A DNA stretch of 64,000 nucleotides from an uncultured Gammaproteobacteria bacterium (GCA_963797555.1 CAWCPV010000003.1:576001-640000), one strand, 5' to 3'. Counted from the first letter of the stretch, positions 28,597 to 40,398 are shown. Notes: generated from the sequence alone by a model not told the origin. Made by a program: numbers and translations.

Positions 28597-28615
28597 GGTC
28601 TCCTCCTTCGGGTGG

Positions 28616-31600
28616 TCAGGCCCGCCGTGCCGGCGGGCCTGACTCTCCCGTTGCCTCTGCTGCTAGGGGGTTGGTCGACGTGCCCGTGACCGTCACGGAG
28701 ATGGCCGGCGGTGGCGTCGCTGCTCCGAACGGGTCGATGAGCACTGTCGCAGTCTTCGGACCCGCAAGCACCGCGGTCGTCGGCGCGAAGGTGACGGTGA
28801 CCGTCACGTTCCCTCCCGCCGGGACCGTCCTGTTGATGGGCCCCGAGGTGAACTGGTTGGGGCTCAGTCCAGGTCCCGCCGGTCTCGTCACCGTGAAGGC
28901 CACCGTGCCGCTCGTGTTGTTGTGCACGTTCACCAGCATTGACGTGCACGACGCGGTTGCTGCGCAGTTTCTGGGTATTCGGGAACGCGAGGCTGAGCGG
29001 CGACACGGTCAGGGGCGGACCCGCCATACGGGGCGCCGCCGTCTGGTCCGCACCGATGTCGATCGGCGCAGCCCGCGTGTCCTGGTCGAAGTCGAGGGTC
29101 TGCAGCGGCGGATACTGGATCGCGCCGCCCGCCCTCACCGCGGGCGAGAAAGTATCTCCCGGGATGTGGTGGTGTCGGGCCACGAGACCGTTCGGCGTGA
29201 AGGTGGCCACGACGAAGTTGCCCAGCGCCGCTCCCTTCGACGTCGCCGTATAGGTGTTGAAGTAGCTCTGAGGAACAGCGGATCCGTCCCGGTGAGGTTG
29301 GTCGGGTGGCGGTGGCGCCATCGGCGGCCGTGAGGATGGAGTACGTGGGGCTCATCGTCTACACCGGCTCGCCCCGGTGACCGTACCATGAGATCGCAGT
29401 AAAAGTTCGCGCCGAGCGTCGGCCCAGGCGCCGGGGCCGCGGGACAGTGGTTGTCGCTGCAAGGAGGGCACCTAGGCCATTGTTGGCGGTGGCGCACCAG
29501 TAGAACGAGCGGTTCTGCCAGACAATGTCGTCCACCAGGACCGGGTTGGAGATTCTGACACTTCGGGTGCTGTAGTTGGTAGTGCAACTCGAGCCAGCGC
29601 GATCACGCGAGCTCGGTGCTGTTGAGCCGTGGCCGTGATTCCACCGACCTGCGGTGATCGAGTTCGTCAGTCCGCCGGCAACCTCTGTAGGCGGACATTG
29701 CGCACCCGGCAGTGCCGGGGGCTCCGGGCAAGGGCCACCGAAGGCATCGGAGCTGGTGGCAGTGCTGGCGTTGTTGCGCGACGGTATTGCTGACAGCGAA
29801 TATGTTCACCGTGTCGTCGAACGCCATCCCGCCGCCCTGGTCGGCACTCGAGTTGTTGACGACCATGTTGTTGAAGATCTGGATCTGGTACCACTGGCTC
29901 GGATCGGCCGGATTGTTCGCCACGTCCAGACCGTTGACCTTGAGGGTCCGGATACCGCCGCCGTCGTCCCCGCCCTTGTTGCCCTGGATGAGGTTGCGGT
30001 TGACTACGACCGGGCCGGCGCCGTAGCTCAGCAAATCCGGCGGGACCGGCAAGTCGCCGGCGATGTGGAGCCCGCCTCCTTCGTCGAAGGACTCGTTGGA
30101 AACGAAGATGTTGTCCTGGATCAGGGACGTGTTGCCGGTCGTCGGACTCTTGAGGCTCAGGCCGAAGTGCCCGAGGCCTCCGCCGTACTGGGCCGAGAAG
30201 TTGGCGCAGACCATGTTGTGCGTGACCTGGTAGCCGTCGGAGCCCGCGTACAGCGCCATGCCGCCGCCGCCGCTGAACAGGCTGCCGTTCTTCGAGATGC
30301 GGTTGTGGTCGATGACCAGGTCCGCATTGAAGTTGCTCCCCGTCAGGTTGCCCGCCGTCCCGGCCAGAGCGCCCTCGCCGACGCGGATGCCGCCGCCGAT
30401 GCCGCCCTGGTTGGCGAAGACCTCGTTGTTGCTGATCGTCAGGTTGGGTGCGAAGCCGTTCACCAGGATGCCGCCCCCGGCCTCGGTCGCGCCGGTGATG
30501 GTCAGCCCGTCGATCTGGGCGTGCGCCCCGGGGCTGGAGAAGTCATTGCCGGTCGTGCAGCCGGCGGTGAAATCACATCCCGCCACCAGGATGCCGGCCC
30601 CTTGCTCCAGGGTGAAGTCCGAGGCCTGGCCGGGGACGATGCCGATGGCAGTGCTCGCGATCAAGCTCTGGACGGAGCCCGGATTAGTGAGGTCGCGAAC
30701 TGCCAGTCCTTGAGCGCGAAGTTGCCGAGCGCGGCGGTGCCGTCCAGGATGGTGACGGCGGCGCCGAGCCCCTGCAGGGTGATCGGCTTCCACAAGTTGA
30801 CATTCTCCTGGTAGCGGCCGACGCCCACCATGTTGTCCGGAGTCAGCACAACGATGGCGCCATTTTTCGCGGCGTCGATGGCGGGTTGGACTACCCCGCA
30901 CGCGATGCCGACGCAATTCGCGGCCGGGGGATCGACGACGAGAACGTCACAGGCGCTGCTGTACCCGCCGGGGAGACAGGAGACCGCACCAGCGCTCACC
31001 GCGTGCAGGGTGACCCCCACGGTCGAGGAGAGGCCGTTGTCCGCGGTGACCACCAGCTCGCCCGAGAGGCCGCCGGGGACGGTTGCCGTGATGGCGCCGT
31101 CGGCCCAGCCGGTGACCGCGATCGGCGTGCCGCCGACGGTCACGGTGCCGCTGCCTTGCGCTGCCCCGAACCCATGCCCCGGGACGGCGGTGATGGTGAT
31201 GCCCATACCCGTCGCCGGGATGATCACGTCACTCACCTGCTGGATCTCCGGCGTGCCGGCGACATAACTGCAGTTGACCGGTACGGGGTTCGTCACGAAG
31301 GCCGAAACCGGCAGCACGATGGTGTCGATGAACGTGGTCCGGCCGGGATAGAACTCCCAGTTCTCCCGGATCACTTCCTGGCTGTACGCCGGGTTGAAGA
31401 ACGGGTCGGTGATCCACTGGCCCGGGTCGGAGAGCGGGAGTTCGTGGATCGGACCCGGATCGTTCGGGGCGATGGTGTACATCTGCAGCACCAAGCCGAC
31501 GGGAATCGGCGGCGCGATGTCGTAGTTCGCCGGGACCAAGCCGTCGAAATGGCCCCACTGGTCGGTGTAGAACCGGGCGACCTCCGTCCCCTTCCAGTCC

Positions 31601-34574
31601 TTGATGGCGACCGGCAGGTAGGGCACCGCGAGGTTGCCGCTGGCGTTGGGGCTGTCCGGCCTGAACTCGAGCGCCAAGTCGTTCCAGACCGTACCCCAGA
31701 TGCGGGCCGCCTTGGGGACGAACGTGAACAGGTTGAAGTCGGTGGTGCCGTCGTCGCCGGGGTTCAGCGAGACTTCCTTCATGTTGCAGCCGGCGGCCTG
31801 TAAGCCCGGTACCCAGGGACCCAGGTCGCTCACGCTGGTGTCGGTCTCCACCATCTGGTCCGGGAACAGCGTGTGGTACTGCGGCACGTCGTAAAGCGGG
31901 CCCACGCAGTCCGGCAGCTCCTTCAGGAACGGGATCTTCGGATCCCCGAACTCGATGTTGCGGTCGCCCCACGAGACGACCTTGTAACCCGCCGGCGGGA
32001 CCACCTCCACGATGTAGGGGCCGGGGGCGATGGGGGTATGAGCGTCATCGCCCATGTCCTCGAACGTGTACGCGCCGTCGAAACGCCCGGGCCGGGTCTG
32101 ATCCCACTTGTGGAAGGTCTCGGCGCAGCTCGGGATGGCATACCCGTTGACTATCTCGTTTCCGGGGCCAGTTTCACCCCAGGCGGCGTTGTTCCACTTG
32201 CCGACGCAGTCCGTGGGCTGGTGGTCGTCCCAGCTATCGGACGTCGTAGTGAGCGGGAAACCAGCCGCGCCCTCGTCCGGGTCGATCGCCCAGCATTTGC
32301 CTTGGGGAGTGGCTCCCGCGTCAATGCCGTCCTGGGTGCAGGCGCTGCAGTTGACGTCGTCGCAATACTGCTGCCCCCGGTGAAGATGGACGGTGACCCT
32401 GGGAATTCCCGGCTCCCAGCCGTCGATCGCGCTGACGTGGGGGTCTTCCTCGGTGCGGGTGGTGGCATAGTTGACCTGTCCGCGGATGCCGCCGTTTTGA
32501 CAGTCAGTGGCGTCACCCGTGGCGCAGCCGCTCACGTCGTAATCGTGCTGGCCGAAGTCGATCCGAGCCGTCATGTCCTGGAAGAGCTGGAACGCCTCGG
32601 TCACCGCGGTGCTCCGCTCTGTCCGATATTGCCTTCCACCGGGACTCGACCCGGCGGGCTGCAGTTGGGGGTTGATCCCCGTTCCCGCGAACGCGCCGCT
32701 GGTGGGCAGGTTGCCGCCGTCGTCCACCACCGCGGTGATCCCGGTGGGCTTGAAGCGCGGCAGCCCGACCTCGGCCACCAGGTAACGCCACCAGGTGAAG
32801 TACTGGTCGACGGTGTAGCCGCCGTCCGGGCCAGTGGTGGCGTTCGCATACATCGAGCCGTCGCTGAAGCGCAGGTTGACGGGGACGTTGGGGATCCCGA
32901 TGCCTTCTGTGCTCTGGCGGTATCCGTCCTGGTTATTGTCCTGGAACACCGTCCCGGTGACGGTGGCGAACCAGCCGTAGACCGATACCGGTCCCATGGC
33001 AATCGTCGGCGTGGACGCGTCGCAGGTGATGGTCCGGAAGTCGATGATGGCGTTGATCGGCTTGTCCCACATGACGAGCTGATAGGTGCCCGCCGGCACC
33101 CCGGCGATGCTGAACTGGCCCGTGTTGGGGTCGGCCGCCGCCGTGTACACCTGCTCGTCGTTTCCGGACAGGTTGTTCAGGCCCACGTAGGCATTGGCCA
33201 CCGGAAGCCCGGGGCTCAGCCCGGGCGAGAGCGGAGGATGAGCGTCGTGGGCGTACACCACCTGCCCGGTGATGTTGCATACCGAGGCACCCAGTGTGGA
33301 CAGCGTATTCACATTGTTATGCACGAAGCCGTAGAACACGAGCCAGTTGAGCTGCCCCAGGGCGATGTTGTAGCGGGGCTCGGTGGCGCGCACCCAGGCG
33401 TCGTTTTGCCGGGTTCCCTCCAGCGTGGCGGTGAGCAGCATGTCGTGACAGTCCGAGTCCGAATTGCAGGGGGTTCCCGAGCCCGGCACCACCGGCTCGA
33501 TGGCGTACTTGTTCTCCGACATGTAGCGGATCACGGCCTCGCCGGCGGCCAGGTCGGTCAGCGTATAGGGATCCTTGCAGTTGGCGTCGTAGTACCCCGT
33601 CGGGTAATCGGAGGGAGCCCCCCCGCAGGTGCGGATGATCCCGTCCCCCAGGTAGTCGACGACCGGCAGACCGTCGGCATCGTATTGGAATATCGGCTGC
33701 TGCTCCGGAGGCAGCGGGTTGCCGCTCGCGTCGGCAGGCACGTTGAGGGCGATGCACGCCGGCTGGGTGCATTCGTAGGCGTATTTGTAAGTCGTCCCGA
33801 GGGGGTAGGTGAACTGGTCCTGCTGCAAAGCGCCGGCCACGTCGCTCACGAGGAGCTGGAAATTCGATAGCCCGTGCTCTGCGGGCTGGTCGTAGGCGCC
33901 GTTGATCGAGTCGTTGTCCTCGAAGACCAGCACCGTGATCTGGGCCAGGGGCTGCGGGAAGGGGTGGACCACCACGGTGGCGGTGGTCTGGCCGGCGGCG
34001 ATGTCGCGCCCGTTCATGCTGGTAGCCGGTCTGCAGGTTCGGGATGGTGCAGTCGGCGACGGTATCGCTGCAGGTGTGCCATGGCAGCACGGACAGGACG
34101 TAATTCTTCGTCGAATCGTAGCCCGGACAATTGCCGGCACCGATGGTCACCGACGCCTCGGCCGTGTCCGTGGTCGCCCCCGCATCCGGGCTGGTGTCGC
34201 CGACGCACACGGTCGGCGCGTGGCTGTGGTGGATGTTGACGGAGAGCGTGTAGCTCGGGTTGACGGCGCCCGGCGTCGAATCGAACGGCGCGTTCGGGCT
34301 CGGGGTGCCCGGGTAATGGTACTGGCACGCCCCCGGCCGGTCCCGCCCAGGGGCCGGTAGCGTCCGGAGCGGTCTTCTTGATCCCGTACGAGTTGTCCAG
34401 CTCGAGCAGCCAGCGGAACCCGTTGGTGATGGGATTACCCGCGTCGTCGTTCACGTTGACGGCGATGTCCGCGGCGGCCGGGCCGGCCATCAGGAGCCCC
34501 AACAGGACGACCAGGGTCGTCCACCAGTGGCTTGCCGCTGTTCCGAGAGATCTGTAAGATGCTTTAGCGCGCAT
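28616..34574 (-). CDS. Giant (~2000 aa) secreted protein with SdrD-B/carboxypeptidase-regulatory-like, IPT/TIG, beta-helix and terminal Ig-like domains; several frameshifts
   Basis: GGAGGAG RBS and signal peptide at 34574; continuous coding style across ORFs 34014-34586, 33317-34210, 30661-34140, 29603-30916, 29135-29587, 28593-29321 and 28616-28939; GTVFQDNNQDG, GFGAAQGSGTVTVGG, GGG-N beta-helix repeats. Confidence 0.75.
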
Positions 34575-35050
34575 GGGCTCCTCCATTGGTCGCCGCCGGT
34601 GCCTGCGGAGCGAAAGTCGAGGCGTCGATACGAAACGCCATCGTCATCGAGAAAATCGGTCTTGAGGAAACGTGCATGGGCCACTCCCGCGCCCGGCGCA
34701 GGGCGGCGCTTCTCGACAAAGTCCGCAGGTTCATCCGGATTCCTCCTCCAACTGCATACACCCCGACAAGAAAAGAGGCGCCGGCGGAGACGATCGGAGA
34801 GTGACTCCTCCGTCTCGACCGGTCACGCGTGGCTGTGGAGCTTGCCCAGGTCCTCGACGGCAGCCCCGGCGTCCCCGACAGCTCGGCTGAGCCGAGCCGG
34901 CACGCCGGATCGTTAGAAGACGGACACGAAGCGCTGGCTACCTTCATGAGTCTGCGACTGCTCCTATGGCTCGAAAGCCTAACGTTCCGTTCACGTGGGT
35001 ATACCCACGGTCACGGGTTACTTAAGGTTTGCTTAAGGTCGCTGACTACT

Positions 35051-35067
35051 AGCAAATGCCGGGCCAA
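35051..35067 (-). promoter_or_regulatory. Sigma54 (-24/-12) promoter for the oxidase cluster
   Basis: Minus strand TTGGCCCGGCATTTGCT = TGGC-N7-TTGC, exact spacing; divergent from a GAFTGA-type activator. Confidence 0.85.
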
Positions 35068-35153
35068 TGGCGTGCTCAGCAAAAATAGTGAGATTAACCA
35101 GCGCCTTATGCTGTCATCGCCGGTTGTTGTCGGCGATAGGCCTGGTCCAGAAG

Positions 35154-35168
35154 CTACAATTTTTGTAG
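35154..35168. promoter_or_regulatory. Candidate upstream activator site
   Basis: Palindrome CTACAA-ttt-TTGTAG ~90 bp upstream of the -24 element. Confidence 0.5.
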
Positions 35169-35190
35169 GTGGCCCCGATTCGCGTAGCTT

Positions 35191-36918
35191 ATGCCCTGGA
35201 TCTCTCGGCTGAGCCGTTTGCAGCGAAAACTCCTGGCGGTGGTCCTGGCCATGGTGGTGGTGCCGATGCTGGTGGCCGGGGTGCTGTCCGCCTACTGGGT
35301 GTCGCATCGCTTCGAGCGCTCACGAGAGCGCTGGATCCGCACCGCGGCCGAGATCGATGAAGACTCCCTGCAAGCCTCGCGGCGCAATGGGCAGCTGTTC
35401 GCCGAGGTGCTGGCCGACCTGTGGCGACAGGACATGGCGGCGCGGCCCATGGAACGCTTCGCGGTGCCCCCGGAGCTGCGCCCCATGATGGAACAGCTCG
35501 GCATCAGCCTGATCCAGGTCTACACGGTGCAGCGACAGCTCGCCTACTCGTCGCCGCCTGCGCAGATGGTGAGTCCGTGGGCGCCCGGACAGACTCAGGC
35601 CATGCTCAAGCTGAGGTCCGGGCAGCAGGCCCTGCTCGCGACGGTTGCCATCCGGCCGGTGCCGCGCCGCGGGCAGACTCGCTACTACCTGGTCGCCGGC
35701 ACCCTGCTGGATGGAGCCTATCTGGCTCGCCTGAGCCAGCGGAGCGGACTCGATGCCCGCCTGTTCTACCCGGACGGTCCTCAGGAGCAGACGTTTCACG
35801 ACGCCGCCGGAGCGACCGCGATCGAGCTGCCTGCCGAGGCCTTCGAGCGCTTCAAGACAAGGGAGGGCTATTACAGCGAACGCGCGGAGGGCGGTGCCTA
35901 CCGGGGCCTCTACACCCCCCTGCTGGATCCGGCGGGCCGGGTCGAGGCAGTGCTATTCAGCGGCCTGAAACGCCACGGGTCGAACGAGGTCGTCAGTCCC
36001 CTGAAGCTATCACTGGCCATCGTGCTGTTCGGCTTGCTCATCGGAGCGGTGACCCGGCTGGCGCTGACCCGTCTACTGGTAAAACCCATTGAGCGGCTGC
36101 GCAACGGCGTCTTGCAGCTCGCGGCGCAAGACTTCTGCGTGACGCTGCCCGACAGCTCGAACGACGAGCTGGGCGACCTCGCGCGCTCCTTCAACGCCAT
36201 GGCGGCGCGGTTGCGGGAGGCGCGGGACGAAGAGCACCGGCAGTTCCAGATGGACAAGCTCACCGCCTTGGGCGAGCTTTGCTTGGCGCTGGCGCACGAG
36301 ATTCGTAACCCTATTTCGGTCATCAATACCGCCTGCTCGTTGCTCGAAGCCACCCGTCAGGATCCGGACAAGCAGGCCGGTCTGGCCCAGATGGTCCGCG
36401 AGGAGACCGGACGCCTGAACCGGTTGTTGAAGGACTTCCAGCAACTGTCGCCCTCCCGCCGCCCACAGATCTCGACCTTCGACCCGGTGCAGCCCCTCGA
36501 TCGGGCGATTCGCCTGGCGCTCGCGGCCCGCGACGACATTCGCGTGGAACGCCACATCCATCACGGCGGGACCACGGTCAACGCCGATGCGGAGCTCATG
36601 CAGCAGGCATGGAGCAACCTGCTGAGCAACGCCTTGGAGGCTATCGGCGATCGGGCTGGAAGCCTGCGAGTGACGACGCTCGTGGAACGGGGCGAGGTCG
36701 TGGTGGCCCTGGAAGATACCGGACCCGGAATACCGGCGGAGCTGATCCCGCGGCTCTTCGAGCCGTTCTTCACCACCAAGGAGCGAGGGACCGGGCTCGG
36801 TCTCACGCTGGCGCACAGGCTGGTCGAGGCCAACGGGGGCCGCATCGAGCTGCAGGCCGCGCAAGGAAGTGGAGCCAGATTCGCTATGCGTTTTCCGGTT
36901 GACGTGACGGAGGAGTGA
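35191..36918 (+). CDS. Membrane sensor histidine kinase (HAMP, HisKA, HATPase)
   Basis: Two TMs, DELGDLARSFNAM, LAHEIRNP, NLLSNA, DTGPGIP, PFFTTK..GTGLGL. Confidence 0.95.
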   Translation: MPWISRLSRLQRKLLAVVLAMVVVPMLVAGVLSAYWVSHRFERSRERWIRTAAEIDEDSLQASRRNGQLFAEVLADLWRQDMAARPMERFAVPPELRPMMEQLGISLIQVYTVQRQLAYSSPPAQMVSPWAPGQTQAMLKLRSGQQALLATVAIRPVPRRGQTRYYLVAGTLLDGAYLARLSQRSGLDARLFYPDGPQEQTFHDAAGATAIELPAEAFERFKTREGYYSERAEGGAYRGLYTPLLDPAGRVEAVLFSGLKRHGSNEVVSPLKLSLAIVLFGLLIGAVTRLALTRLLVKPIERLRNGVLQLAAQDFCVTLPDSSNDELGDLARSFNAMAARLREARDEEHRQFQMDKLTALGELCLALAHEIRNPISVINTACSLLEATRQDPDKQAGLAQMVREETGRLNRLLKDFQQLSPSRRPQISTFDPVQPLDRAIRLALAARDDIRVERHIHHGGTTVNADAELMQQAWSNLLSNALEAIGDRAGSLRVTTLVERGEVVVALEDTGPGIPAELIPRLFEPFFTTKERGTGLGLTLAHRLVEANGGRIELQAAQGSGARFAMRFPVDVTEE

Positions 36919-38318
36919 TGGAGCGCACCGTGCTGGCCGTCGATGACGAGCCCAACATGCTGACTGTGATGCGCATGACCCTGGAGGACGCCGGCTACCG
37001 CGTGCTGACCGCAGAACGCGCAGAAGCGGCAGTCCCGTACCTGCGCGACCCTGACCTGGGCGCGGTGCTGTCCGATCTGCAGATGCCCGGCTTGAGCGGC
37101 GAGGACTTTATCGCCCTCTGCCGCAAGGAGCGGCCCGACCTGTCGCTCATCATCATCACCGGTTATGGCTCCATACGCTCGGCGGTCCAGAGCATCCGAG
37201 CCGGCGCAACCGACTACCTGACCAAGCCGTTCGAGCCGGACGAGTTGTTGCTCGTGGTGCACAAGGCATTCAAGCTGCACGAACTGCTCAGCGAGAACCG
37301 CCGGTTGCTGGCGGCGGTATCGGACGCGATGCCGCACAAGCGCCTGATCGGACAAGGCGCCGGGATGCGGAAGCTGCTCGAAGAAGTGCGGCGCGTCGCG
37401 CCGTACAAGACCAACGTCCTGATTACCGGCGAGAGCGGGACGGGCAAGGAGGCCGTAGCGCGCGCCCTTCACGACATCGGGCCGCGCCGCGACCACCCCT
37501 GGGTCGCGGTCAACTGCTCCGCCATTCCCCGCGACCTGATGGAAAGCGAGCTGTTCGGCTACGTCAAGGGCGCCTTCACCGGGGCCACCCAGACCCGCCT
37601 GGGCCGGCTGGAGCAGGCCAACGGCGGCACGTTGTTCCTGGATGAGATCGGCGATCTCGATTTGGCGCTGCAAGGCAAGCTTCTGCGTGTTCTTCAGGAG
37701 CGGGAGTTCTCCCCGGTCGGCAGCGACGCGCTGCGCAGGGTGGACGTGCGTTTCCTCGCCGCGACTAACCGCGACCTGAGAGAGCTGGTGCGTCAGGATC
37801 GCTTCCGGGAAGACCTCTTGTACCGGTTGGATGTGTACAACATTCACGTGCCGCCCCTGCGTGAGCGCATCGAGGATATCCCGCTGCTCGCCGCGGCTTT
37901 CCTGCAGGAGCTATGCGCGGAGATAGACAAGTCCGTAGAGGGCTTTACCGAGCAGGCGCTGGACGTCTTGAGCAGCTACTCCTGGCCGGGAAATGTTCGC
38001 GAGCTGCGAAATACCGTAGAGCGCGCCTTGCTGACGTGCACGGGACGTTCGATCGACCTTCCAGACCTGCCGAGATTGTTGGCTGATCGGGTTGACCGTG
38101 CGAGGACGCTCGGGACGGAGCTGGAGTCGCTCGGGGAGCGCGGGCTGGATGGGTGGCTCGAAGAGAGAGAGCGGCAGGTCATCCTGCAGGCATTGAAGCA
38201 GTCCCGCGGGGTCCAGGTCCAGGCAGCGAAACAGCTCGGCATCTCGGAACGCAGCTTGTGGCATCGCATCAAGAAGCTGAACATCCAGCTCGACCGAGTG
38301 GTGCGCGAGATCTCCTGA
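36915..38318 (+). CDS. Sigma54-dependent response regulator (NtrC/AtoC family)
   Basis: Receiver domain (VDDE, SDLQMP), GESGTGKE, ELFGYVKGAFTGA, WPGNVREL, Fis-type HTH. Confidence 0.96.
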   Translation: MMERTVLAVDDEPNMLTVMRMTLEDAGYRVLTAERAEAAVPYLRDPDLGAVLSDLQMPGLSGEDFIALCRKERPDLSLIIITGYGSIRSAVQSIRAGATDYLTKPFEPDELLLVVHKAFKLHELLSENRRLLAAVSDAMPHKRLIGQGAGMRKLLEEVRRVAPYKTNVLITGESGTGKEAVARALHDIGPRRDHPWVAVNCSAIPRDLMESELFGYVKGAFTGATQTRLGRLEQANGGTLFLDEIGDLDLALQGKLLRVLQEREFSPVGSDALRRVDVRFLAATNRDLRELVRQDRFREDLLYRLDVYNIHVPPLRERIEDIPLLAAAFLQELCAEIDKSVEGFTEQALDVLSSYSWPGNVRELRNTVERALLTCTGRSIDLPDLPRLLADRVDRARTLGTELESLGERGLDGWLEERERQVILQALKQSRGVQVQAAKQLGISERSLWHRIKKLNIQLDRVVREIS

Positions 38319-38498
38319 CCGGCGCAGAAGGCGTCGCAGGGGCGATACGGCATTGTTTTCCAATCTACTCTGCGCTCGCCTTGCGCCGTTACGCCGGAAC
38401 ATTCACAGGCTCTCACCCGACGCGCAAATCCGGCCCCCAATTCCGCAGCATGTCGCCGGAGTCGGCCCGGCGAGCTGGCCCGCGCTCTGCCCTACCGG

Positions 38499-39713
38499 CT
38501 ACCTGGAGCCTCCCCCACCGGCATCGCCCTTGACGAGGGCGGTATCGCCATACAGCGAGAGCCAGCGCAGGACGTCTTCGCGACGCAGCAGCCCGACTAC
38601 TCTCCCGGACTCGACCACGGGGAGTTGGTTGATATCTCGACGGGTCAGCGTCATCAGAGCCTCCGAAGCATCCTCCCGCGGCCCCAGAGCAGCGATGGCG
38701 TCAGCAGGTGTCATGATCTGACGCACTGCAGTGTGCGGCCATGCCTCGCGGCTCACCTTGCGAACATCTCCAAGGCAGACCAGCCCAACGAAGCGTTCGT
38801 GGTCGAGGACGGGAAAGGCGCGTTGATCCGTGCCCATCACGTGCTCGTCCACGAACCTGTCCACTGATGTGTCCGGCTCCACCGTGGAGAAATGCGATTG
38901 CATCAGACGCGATACCGGGACGTTCTCGAGCGACTGCCGCACCAAGAGCTGTTGGTAGCTCACGAGTGCCGCCCGGTTCAAGAACCAGCCGATGAAGGCG
39001 AGCCACAAGCCGCCCACCAGGCCGGTTCCGAACACAGGGACGTGCAACCCCAGCATCATGGCAAGCCCGGTAGCGATGAGAACCCACGCGAATGCCTGCC
39101 CGGCCGACGATGCCCACCGGGTGGCCCGGCGCTGATCCCCTGTCACGCCCCACATGATGGCCCGCAGCACACGCCCTCCATCGAGCGGGAAGCCGGGCAC
39201 GAGATTGAACAGGCCGAGCAAGATATTGACCGGACCGAGCCAAAACAGAAGCGTCGCCACAGGCCCCAGATGCGCGAAGGTCCGTCGAGGCTCCTCGGCA
39301 TCCACGTCGACGGGCCCGACCAGGTGGCTCCCGAGCACGATGAACAAACAGCCCAGGAGCAGGCTCGTCGCCGGTCCGACGATGGCCATCCACAGCTCCG
39401 CGCGCCAAGTTCCCGGCTCGCGCTCGAGCTGCGCCATCCCTCCGAAGATGAACAGGGTGATGCGCCGGATATCCACCCCGCAGGCGCGGCCGACCAGCGC
39501 ATGGGACAGCTCGTGCGCGAGAACCGACCCGAAGAACAGCACGGCGGCGGCGACGGATGTCAGCCATATCACGCCGGGAGACCAGTGCGGATGCCAGGCG
39601 GGGAACAGCCCGGCCCCGAGGCTGAACACGATCAGGAGAAAGATGATGAGCAGGCTCCAGTCCAAGACGATAGCGATGCCTGCGATGCTGCCGACACGTA
39701 TGCCGCTGCGCAT
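38499..39713 (-). CDS. Site-2 protease (M50) with tandem CBS domains
   Basis: HELSH, FNLVPGFPLDGGR, C-terminal CBS pair; GGAG RBS before the ATG at 39713. Confidence 0.93.
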   Translation of the reverse strand: MRSGIRVGSIAGIAIVLDWSLLIIFLLIVFSLGAGLFPAWHPHWSPGVIWLTSVAAAVLFFGSVLAHELSHALVGRACGVDIRRITLFIFGGMAQLEREPGTWRAELWMAIVGPATSLLLGCLFIVLGSHLVGPVDVDAEEPRRTFAHLGPVATLLFWLGPVNILLGLFNLVPGFPLDGGRVLRAIMWGVTGDQRRATRWASSAGQAFAWVLIATGLAMMLGLHVPVFGTGLVGGLWLAFIGWFLNRAALVSYQQLLVRQSLENVPVSRLMQSHFSTVEPDTSVDRFVDEHVMGTDQRAFPVLDHERFVGLVCLGDVRKVSREAWPHTAVRQIMTPADAIAALGPREDASEALMTLTRRDINQLPVVESGRVVGLLRREDVLRWLSLYGDTALVKGDAGGGGSR

Positions 39714-40398
39714 GCGAGGTTCTCCTCCAATAAAGCGAAGCCGTGCCGGCGCCCGTCCGTTTGAGCCCCTGACGGTCAAAAACCTGCCGGTGGATGCCAC
39801 AGTATCGCATCAGCTCCCCGAACAGAAGGTAACGGAGAATGCTGCTTCCCGCGCTAAGCCCGCTGGCACTGGGAAGTACCCTCACGGCGCAAGGAGGGCC
39901 GAGTGGCTCCGTGTATCGGACCGTGGCCGGGGCCTCTGACGTTGGTGTATCGCATCGGGGCTCTAAGCTCCGACTGCAACTCGCGTTCGGTGCGCCGTTG
40001 GAAGCGAACCGCCGAAGCTGGCTGTCGCCGGGCCGAAACATCCTTGAGCTGGGCCGCCGGCGTCTCGGGTGCACGGCCCGCGGCTCGGAGAGCTACAAGT
40101 TCGCGCTGTGAATGGATGGCTCCGCAGGAACCGCATGATGGACCCATGGACAGCATGCCAGCGGGCGCAGCGGCGCGTCACGTGTGCTCCCGCCTGGCCG
40201 GCCGTGCGCACCACGCCGGTTGCAGCGACTGGCCTGGTCACCCCCGATCGAGGCCACGGGCGACCTGCTTTTGTTTCTCCAGTTGCGCCGGAAGCGATTG
40301 CATCCGTCGCCCACATTGAGCAGAGTAATTCTCGGCGAATGCGCGATCACGGCAGACCGGCGTCTCACTCACGCTGCGAGAGAGGTGCATAGAGATCC

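Noticed and set aside
31873-33870. Long antisense or alternate-frame ORFs (e.g. 31873-33870, 16161-17696, 45687-47312, 58835-60403)
   Set aside because: Shadow ORFs of high-GC coding sequence overlapping well-supported genes; no motifs.
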